A model generated the notes under the pieces. That model worked only from the letters and a program-made list of their open reading frames with translations, was not told the origin of the DNA and made no database searches. Of a stretch of 64,000 bases of DNA, positions 57,610 to 64,000 are shown piece after piece. This DNA is from a virus. Taxonomy: Duplodnaviria > Caudoviricetes. The position numbers and the translations under genes were made by a program. Location: IMG/VR virus record IMGVR_UViG_3300024229_000651, one strand, 5' to 3'. Numbering within the stretch: position 1 is the stretch's first letter; the number at the start of each line of letters is the position of its first letter.

Positions 57610-57750
57610 ATGACACAGTCGCAAAAACATCAAAGTGATAAATTAAAGTTTCAAAAGAAATCTATTAAAGATCAAGCAGAAGCAATTAAAGAGCAAGAAA
57701 AGAGAATAGCAGAATGGATAAAACAGCAGCAGGATCCGAGTAATGGCTAG
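57610..57750 (+). CDS. Small hypothetical protein (46 aa; not in track)
   Basis: RBS GAGG; MTQSQKHQSDKLKFQKKSIKDQAEAIKEQEKRIAEWIKQQQDPSNG*. Confidence 0.5.
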   Translation: MTQSQKHQSDKLKFQKKSIKDQAEAIKEQEKRIAEWIKQQQDPSNG

Positions 57751-57907
57751 TATAATGGAAAGAAATTGGAATAGCCTTAGCCAACTCAGAGATTACTTTG
57801 AAAAAACAAAAGAAGAAAAAGTTGTTAATTTCGACGGTGTGTCTCTAACTACTAAGAAACACGTATATACACTTATAACTCCTACGCTATATAGGAAAAG
57901 TAAATGA
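57743..57907 (+). CDS. Small hypothetical protein (54 aa; not in track)
   Basis: MASIMERNWNSLSQLRDYFEKTKEEKVVNFDGVSLTTKKHVYTLITPTLYRKSK*; overlaps the previous stop and forms an ATGA junction with the next gene. Confidence 0.55.
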   Translation: MASIMERNWNSLSQLRDYFEKTKEEKVVNFDGVSLTTKKHVYTLITPTLYRKSK

Positions 57908-58782
57908 GCAAAGGCTATATTGTAATCGCACAGAATTCTGGTAAGGTTGATTATCTTGCCCAAGCGTATGCATTAGCACTCAACCTTAAATTAACACAGA
58001 GCACTGTCAATAATATTGCTGTGTGCGTAGACACTTCTACAAAAAAACTTATAACAGAAAAACACAAAGCAGTTTTTGATCACATAATAGATATCCCATG
58101 GGACGATGCTGCAGACGGCAAAGACTGGAAAATAAACAACAAATGGAAGTATTATTATATGAGTCCATTTGATGAGACTGTGATATTAGATACAGACATG
58201 ATCTTCCCTGTCGATGTAAGTTTTTGGTGGGATCATTTAAGTATGAAAGATGTATGGGCTTGCACAAATGTAAAAACATACAGAAATGAACTTGTTGAAG
58301 ATTATTACTACAGATCTTTTTTTAAAAAGAATAACCTGCCTAATGTTTATACAGCATTTTTCTATTTTAAAAAGAGTGATACTGCAACAGAACTTTTTAA
58401 GATGATAGAAATTATATTCAATAATTGGGAACGATTTTATTTTAAGTATATGCCAAAAGGAAAACCAGAATGGTTAAGTGCAGATGTGGCATTTGCATTG
58501 GCTATACAATTGTTAGGCATAGAAGACGAATGCACGATGGATCATATAACAGATATGCCTACATTTATTCACATGAAGAGCTACATACAAAACATCCCTT
58601 CTAGTTTAGTAGAAGAAAACTGGAGCGATAGTATACCTTGTTACTATAAGGATTATACTGATTTTAAACTTGGAAACTTTAAGATAAACTTTCCTTTCCA
58701 TTATGTTGACAAGGATTGGATGACTAGAGATAAAATACAACAACTAGAAGTAAATTATTTTGGAAAAAGGACAACAGTATGA
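57904..58782 (+). CDS. GT-A-fold glycosyltransferase-like protein (paralogue of 56705-57592)
   Basis: YYMSPFDETVILDTDM (DxD), NLPNVYTAFFYFKK, SADVAFALA and FIHMK. Confidence 0.65.
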   Translation: MSKGYIVIAQNSGKVDYLAQAYALALNLKLTQSTVNNIAVCVDTSTKKLITEKHKAVFDHIIDIPWDDAADGKDWKINNKWKYYYMSPFDETVILDTDMIFPVDVSFWWDHLSMKDVWACTNVKTYRNELVEDYYYRSFFKKNNLPNVYTAFFYFKKSDTATELFKMIEIIFNNWERFYFKYMPKGKPEWLSADVAFALAIQLLGIEDECTMDHITDMPTFIHMKSYIQNIPSSLVEENWSDSIPCYYKDYTDFKLGNFKINFPFHYVDKDWMTRDKIQQLEVNYFGKRTTV

Positions 58783-59381
58783 CAGAATTAACAGCAGGTG
58801 AACGATTAGCTCTACTCAAGGATAAGCACGGCGGGTTGAAAAATGCTCTAAAAGAATCACAGGCTTATACGTATATGGTCTATGATACTGGTGGTACTAT
58901 ACTGTATAAAAGTATCGAACAGCCGGACATGAGCGATTTTGACGCTTGTAAGTGCTATAAATTCAATACGCCTGATACAAAAATTATCGACGAGAACGGA
59001 AAAAGTGTAGCGCAGTTCTATATAGAAGAAGACGAGCACGATGTGTGTCACATTAAACTGCGGACAACAGAAACATCAAAAATTAAAAGTGACAGAGATT
59101 TCCTACAAGAGATTGAAACCGGAGAAGATGCAGATTATTTAATATCCTACACTGACAAAAACTGGTACCTAACTATTACAGAGGGCACAAAGTCTAAGCA
59201 AAATCTAGTGGTGTATGTAACACCACACAAGGACCCGCATATGTTACTAGAAAGAGTTATGTTTAATATAGCGGATGCTGTTGACGGCCAAGTTACTACT
59301 GCTAGGAAACTTAGTAGTGACGAGGAAGCCTTTAGTATATACACACATAAGTCTGATAGCATCACATACGCTAGAAAATAA
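58779..59381 (+). CDS. Hypothetical protein (200 aa)
   Basis: ATGA coupling with the upstream gene; no motif recognised. Confidence 0.7.
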   Translation: MTELTAGERLALLKDKHGGLKNALKESQAYTYMVYDTGGTILYKSIEQPDMSDFDACKCYKFNTPDTKIIDENGKSVAQFYIEEDEHDVCHIKLRTTETSKIKSDRDFLQEIETGEDADYLISYTDKNWYLTITEGTKSKQNLVVYVTPHKDPHMLLERVMFNIADAVDGQVTTARKLSSDEEAFSIYTHKSDSITYARK

Positions 59382-59409
59382 AACAGTTGTTTTCTGTGGA
59401 AGATAAATA
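59380..59409 (+). promoter_or_regulatory. Late promoter GATAAATA (59402-59409) with upstream AAAACAGTTGTTTT (59380-59393)
   Basis: Read directly; ATG at 59442. Confidence 0.75.
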
Positions 59410-59441
59410 CTAACACTATACACTAAACACAGGACAAACAC

Positions 59442-60446
59442 ATGGCTAGAATCGATGTAACTGAACTCGATATATTCTATATCTCCTATGACGAACCTAA
59501 CTGCGAAGAACATTGGTCAGACTTATTAAATAAAGTTCCGTGGGCTAAACGTGTACATGGAGTAAAAGGGTTCGATGCAGCGCACAAAGCATGCGCTAAT
59601 CAAAGCGAAACAGACAGGTTTATCACTGTTGATGGCGATAATATTGTTATGCCAGATTTCTTTGAGCAAGTATTAGATGTTCCTGATCAGGATCATGACG
59701 GTAACAACATATCCGAAAGTATTTTTAGTTGGAATGCAAAGAACATTCTAAACGGGTTAGTGTACGGCAATGGTGGACTAAAGTGTTGGCCTACCGAATA
59801 TACTAAAAGCATTAACACACATGAAGCCGCAACAGACGGCGAGGGCATGGAGTTTTGCTGGAAGTTAAACTATATACAACTCAACGATACGTTCAGTGAA
59901 GTGCACCAAACAGCAAGTCCTTTCCAAGCCTTTAGAGCAGGGTTTAGAGAAGGTGTTAAAATGAGTTTGGACCAGGGTGCAAGAATTTCCCCAGATGAGT
60001 TTGTAGAAAAAGTTTGGTGGCAAAATTATAATCGACTTCAAACATGGTGTAACATAGGCAGTGATGTAGAGAATGGATTATGGGCTATCTACGGCGCCCG
60101 GTTAGGCTGCGAAATGACTGTGCTTACTGATTGGGACACTAACTTAATTTCGGATTACGAATGGTTCAAAGAATTTTTCAATAGCCAAGTAGCACCAAAC
60201 TTCTCCGGCATGAACGATCAGCAATGCCGATATACCAAATTGGAATGGGACAGTAATATGCTGCAAAAAGAAATTTGTAGTTTGGGAAGAAAGTTAAACA
60301 CAGATATTAATGAGATGATGCTGTTTGATCCAGCACCGGAAATGTGCAAGTTCTTCAAACAAACATATGTTAATCCAAGACGATGGGGTGTAATGATTCG
60401 TGAAAAACAAATACAGGACTTACTTGAGAAAGGCCTCATACAGTAG
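59442..60446 (+). CDS. Glycosyltransferase-like protein (GT-A, DGD motif)
   Basis: YISYDEPN, RVHGVKGFDAAHKACA, FITVDGDN, LVYGNGGLKCW and AFRAGFREGVKM. Confidence 0.6.
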   Translation: MARIDVTELDIFYISYDEPNCEEHWSDLLNKVPWAKRVHGVKGFDAAHKACANQSETDRFITVDGDNIVMPDFFEQVLDVPDQDHDGNNISESIFSWNAKNILNGLVYGNGGLKCWPTEYTKSINTHEAATDGEGMEFCWKLNYIQLNDTFSEVHQTASPFQAFRAGFREGVKMSLDQGARISPDEFVEKVWWQNYNRLQTWCNIGSDVENGLWAIYGARLGCEMTVLTDWDTNLISDYEWFKEFFNSQVAPNFSGMNDQQCRYTKLEWDSNMLQKEICSLGRKLNTDINEMMLFDPAPEMCKFFKQTYVNPRRWGVMIREKQIQDLLEKGLIQ

Positions 60447-62080
60447 TGAGCATATACGACCAAGCCGCCGATAAGGCTAAAAAACAGCTAGATACAATCA
60501 GCCCATCAATGTGTTATGCAAAGTGGAGCCAAGTATCTATGCACCTAACAAATGGTACAACGCATAGTTGTTATCATCCACCTACACACAAAATTCCATT
60601 AAAAGAGTTAGATAACAACATAACAGCACTACATAACACAGAAGAAAAGAAAGAACAGCGTAGGCAAATGTTAAAAGGCGAGCGGCCTGAAGGCTGCAGT
60701 TATTGTTGGAGCATTGAGGATACAGGTGCTAGAAGTGATCGAGTGTATCGTAGCGGCGAGTATTGGGCACAAGAAAGTAAAGAAGATATCATGGACGCCG
60801 GCGCAAGTGGCAACATCAATCCACGATATGTAGAAGTAAATTTTAACCAGGCATGCAATTTTAAATGCAGTTATTGCTCACCGCATCTAAGCACAGCATG
60901 GCAAGAAGAGATTGAAGAGTTCGGTGAGTATCCGACAACATCACCGCACAACAATATAGATAGTTTACGTAATAAAGGACTAATGCCCTTAAAAGTCAGC
61001 CAAGAAGATAATCCATATGTTACAGCATTTTGGAAATGGTGGCCTGAAATGTATAAAACTTTAAGAGTATTTAGAATGACAGGCGGTGAGCCGCTGATGG
61101 ATAAAAATACATTCCAGGTGCTAGACTACGTGCACGAGAATCCTAATAAAGATCTAGAGTTAAGCATAACATCTAACATGTGCCCTGTCAACGATGCATT
61201 GTTTGTAAAATTTTTAACAAGTGTAAAAAAATTAGATGATGTACCGCATGGTGCAGAAGTATATGTTAAAGATCCACTCGACGGCACTGACTGGCAAACA
61301 TGGCAACATTATATAATAGGGGAAGATGCAAAACGCTATCACGACAGTGAGTTGCCAGTTATAGAACGACATGACATACCTCAAACATTTTTAGAAATAG
61401 GCCAATGCGAAGAGCACGACAACAATAGCTTTACATATCTATATGAATATAGAGATAAAGCATACCATAATTTCAGTGTGTTTGTAAGTCTAGACGGTTG
61501 GGGAGAACAGGCAGAATATATGCGTAGTGGTATGGATTTTGAGCAGTTGTGGAATAACTGCCATAGATTCCTAGACGAAACTAGATTCACTAGTATAAAT
61601 TTTATTAACACATTTAACTGTTTGAGTGTAACTACATTTAAAGATTTTCTACAAGGAATATTAGAGCTTAGGGAAAAATGGAGTAAGGAGAATCAATATG
61701 CAATGGGATGGGAAGTCCCAGAACAACGTATATGGTTTGATATACCTGTACTGAGAAATCCAGCTTGGCAAAATATACAAGTATTGCCAGGAACTTATCA
61801 AGAATACATGACAGACGCAATCGAGTTTATGGAAGCAAATCGAGCAAACGAAGAATATGTTGACTATAAAGGTTTCAAGGATTTTGAGATAGCAAAAGCA
61901 AAACGTAATTTAGAATTAATGAAGCAGGACATTTCTATAGATAATCTACAGCGTAACCGTACAGATTTTTATAAATTTTTCACAGAACACGATATACGAC
62001 GAGACACAAACTTTTTAGGTACATTTCCTGAAATGGCAGATTTTTGGTTTTTATGCGAGGAGGCGGATGCATTACAATGA
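60446..62080 (+). CDS. Radical SAM enzyme with an additional N-terminal Cys cluster
   Basis: CxxxCxxC as CNFKCSYC, MTGGEPLM, ITSN and SLDGWGEQAEYMRSG; extra Cys motifs CYAKW, SCYH and CSYC. Confidence 0.9.
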   Translation: MSIYDQAADKAKKQLDTISPSMCYAKWSQVSMHLTNGTTHSCYHPPTHKIPLKELDNNITALHNTEEKKEQRRQMLKGERPEGCSYCWSIEDTGARSDRVYRSGEYWAQESKEDIMDAGASGNINPRYVEVNFNQACNFKCSYCSPHLSTAWQEEIEEFGEYPTTSPHNNIDSLRNKGLMPLKVSQEDNPYVTAFWKWWPEMYKTLRVFRMTGGEPLMDKNTFQVLDYVHENPNKDLELSITSNMCPVNDALFVKFLTSVKKLDDVPHGAEVYVKDPLDGTDWQTWQHYIIGEDAKRYHDSELPVIERHDIPQTFLEIGQCEEHDNNSFTYLYEYRDKAYHNFSVFVSLDGWGEQAEYMRSGMDFEQLWNNCHRFLDETRFTSINFINTFNCLSVTTFKDFLQGILELREKWSKENQYAMGWEVPEQRIWFDIPVLRNPAWQNIQVLPGTYQEYMTDAIEFMEANRANEEYVDYKGFKDFEIAKAKRNLELMKQDISIDNLQRNRTDFYKFFTEHDIRRDTNFLGTFPEMADFWFLCEEADALQ

Positions 62081-62334
62081 AAGATAGAGAAAAATTCTCA
62101 TCAGCAATATTAGCAGGTGTAGTAACAGTAGAGTTTAGAAAACTAGGCACAAATGAATTACGTGTGATGCCATGCACACTTAATGAAGAAGTAAGTGATG
62201 GCAATGCGAAAATAAGCAAGTTCGACTCAGGCTCAGACCATTTTGCGGTGTGGTGCTTGGATAAAAAGGCATGGAGAAGTTTCCGTGTAAACACAGTAGA
62301 GAAGTGGTACGAAGGTTACCCAGAAGAGGTTTAA
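62077..62334 (+). CDS. Small SH3/Sm-like (WYL_2/DUF2693-type) protein, 85 aa
   Basis: VTVEFRK.GT.ELRVMPCTL and VWCLDKKAWRSFR. Confidence 0.6.
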   Translation: MKDREKFSSAILAGVVTVEFRKLGTNELRVMPCTLNEEVSDGNAKISKFDSGSDHFAVWCLDKKAWRSFRVNTVEKWYEGYPEEV

Positions 62335-62655
62335 ATGAATTTTGAAAACGTAGCAACAACACTGCAAGAAAATTTTAATCCTGAGATAGCAGCCGACATA
62401 AACATTGATATCAATGTTACTGTACTAGGCGCATCAGATGGAAAATTTTCTGTTAGTGTGCACACGGGTGCATGCGAAATAAAACAAGGTCACTTGGAAA
62501 AATCTGACATCATAGTTGGTTTTACAGACAATGAAACTATGCTTGAAATGTTCACGCAAGGTGTAAACCCTATGGGATTAGTTATGGGTGGAAAGATGAC
62601 AATCAATGGTGATTTAAAAAAGGGCAGAGAAATCAAAGGACTCTTTGTAAAATAA
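62335..62655 (+). CDS. SCP2 sterol/lipid-binding domain protein
   Basis: 106 aa with GxxEKSDIIV and C-terminal NPMGLVMGGKMTINGDL, typical of SCP2 domains. Confidence 0.75.
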   Translation: MNFENVATTLQENFNPEIAADINIDINVTVLGASDGKFSVSVHTGACEIKQGHLEKSDIIVGFTDNETMLEMFTQGVNPMGLVMGGKMTINGDLKKGREIKGLFVK

Positions 62656-62687
62656 ACAGATCTTAGACAACAAACACAGGAAAAAAT

Positions 62688-63788
62688 ATGATATATGAAT
62701 TCACTAGTGAAAGTGTAAGTGAAGGCCATCCAGATAAAATAGCAGATTTAATATCAGACAGAGTCGCTACATATCTGCTAGATGGCAACTTATCTCACAG
62801 AGCAGCAATTGAGACTCTGGTCACAACTAACATGGTAACAATAGCCGGCGAATACAAAAGCGATAAGTTCAATAAGATGGCGATTGAACGTATTGTGCGT
62901 GATACAGTGAAAGAGATTGGATACGAACAAGACGGGTTCCACTGGGCGACACTAAAAGTATACAATGAGTTACACGGACAATCTCCTGATATAGCTCTAG
63001 GCACAGATGACTTCGGAGCAGGCGATCAGGGCATTATGTTTGGATATGCATGCAATGAAACCCCTACGTATATGCCTAGTGCAATATATTACAGTCACGA
63101 GATACTAAAATATCTAGCTGATTCTAGACGTATAGGAAGCGACTGGCTTGGCCCCGATAGTAAAAGTCAAGTTACCTTAGAATACAGCAGTGTAGGTAAA
63201 CCGTTGAGAGTAAGCCGAGTTGTCTGCAGCAGTCAACACACAGACGAGTTTCCGTTAGATCATACTAGGGATGCAATAAAGCAATTAGTGGTTAAAGCAT
63301 TGATTGAGTGCAATGCACCAATTGACGATGATACAGAATATTTAATTAACCCTACAGGCAAATTTGTAATTGGAGGACCGGATGGAGATACTGGGCTTAC
63401 TGGACGTAAAATTATTGTCGATACTTATGGCGGGTATGCTCCACATGGCGGCGGTGCATTTAGCGGTAAGGACTGTACTAAAGTCGACAGATCAGCCGCA
63501 TATATGGCTCGCTACTTGGCAAAGAACATTGTAGCATCAGGAAAAGCAGACAACTGTACAGTACAACTCAGTTACGCTATTGGCGTCAAAGAACCAACTA
63601 GTGTATACGTTTATGCTGATGGAAAAGTTAGAGCAGATTTAGCAGAAGAGCTAAAACAACATGTTGATTTAACACCGTTAGGTATAATTAACAAGTTTAA
63701 TTTGTTCTCTATAGATCTTAGCCGTACAACAAACTACGGGCACTTCGGTAAAAAATCTTTACCGTGGGAAAGCGAAGATTTGTACTAA
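62688..63788 (+). CDS. metK: S-adenosylmethionine synthetase
   Basis: FTSESVSEGHPDK, GAGDQGIMFGYA, GGPDGDTGLTGRKIIVDTYGG and HGGGAFSGKD.TKVDRSAAY. Confidence 0.97.
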   Translation: MIYEFTSESVSEGHPDKIADLISDRVATYLLDGNLSHRAAIETLVTTNMVTIAGEYKSDKFNKMAIERIVRDTVKEIGYEQDGFHWATLKVYNELHGQSPDIALGTDDFGAGDQGIMFGYACNETPTYMPSAIYYSHEILKYLADSRRIGSDWLGPDSKSQVTLEYSSVGKPLRVSRVVCSSQHTDEFPLDHTRDAIKQLVVKALIECNAPIDDDTEYLINPTGKFVIGGPDGDTGLTGRKIIVDTYGGYAPHGGGAFSGKDCTKVDRSAAYMARYLAKNIVASGKADNCTVQLSYAIGVKEPTSVYVYADGKVRADLAEELKQHVDLTPLGIINKFNLFSIDLSRTTNYGHFGKKSLPWESEDLY

Positions 63789-63816
63789 GCCGTAACAAAA
63801 CAGAGTAAATACTGGT

Positions 63817-64000
63817 ATGCATATAAAACGTGTAGCAATAACGGGTCACACAAGAGGTATAGGAAAAGCCTTGTGGGATCGACTAGAAGAGCGTGGCTTG
63901 GAACTTAGAGGCTACAGTAAATCGAATGGATATAACTTACAGCGTGTAAGCACATGCAAAAAAGTTGTACAAGATGTTGTTGACTGGAATGCAGATGTTT
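63817..64000 (+). CDS. Short-chain dehydrogenase/reductase, N-terminal part (runs off the right edge)
   Basis: MHIKRVAITGHTRGIGKAL (TGxxxGIG Rossmann motif); AGTAAATA late-like box at 63804-63811. Confidence 0.75.
   Translation, partial: MHIKRVAITGHTRGIGKALWDRLEERGLELRGYSKSNGYNLQRVSTCKKVVQDVVDWNADV

Noticed and set aside
1-64000. Stop-codon reassignment, inteins, tRNAs, DGR elements
   Set aside because: Core genes are full length in the standard code with TAA, TAG and TGA all used as stops; no Hint/intein motifs in portal, gp46, radical SAM or MetK; no cloverleaf, reverse transcriptase or TR/VR pair noticed by eye.

Overview
AT-rich, gene-dense segment of a T4-related jumbo myophage genome, read in the standard genetic code. 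Gene content and order recall Rak2/GAP32/Atu_ph07-type giants (inference from recall, not a search). Layout: (i) minus-strand head module (major capsid, scaffold, protease, acidic core protein, portal) preceded by a 1553-aa tape measure gene; (ii) a divergent gp26-like hub/tail chaperone whose startless downstream frame is reachable by a -1 frameshift at T TTT TTC; (iii) minus-strand sigma70-driven cassettes, including the gp55 late sigma - gp47 - gp46 - GIY-YIG run, followed by about 530 nt without a credible ORF that is rich in hairpins (candidate large ncRNA and/or origin); (iv) a plus-strand baseplate/tail operon (gp53-, gp5-, gp25-, gp6-like genes and a 6539-aa giant virion protein); (v) a late-promoter-linked cluster of three glycosyltransferase-like genes, a radical SAM enzyme, an SCP2 protein, metK and a truncated SDR. 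The late promoter octamer (G)ATAAATA recurs before about 11 genes, and six copies carry a palindromic AAAAC-NN-GTTTT-like 12-mer 10 nt upstream. No tRNA, rRNA, CRISPR array, transposase or intein was recognised. All protein calls come from motif recognition by eye, not database searches.
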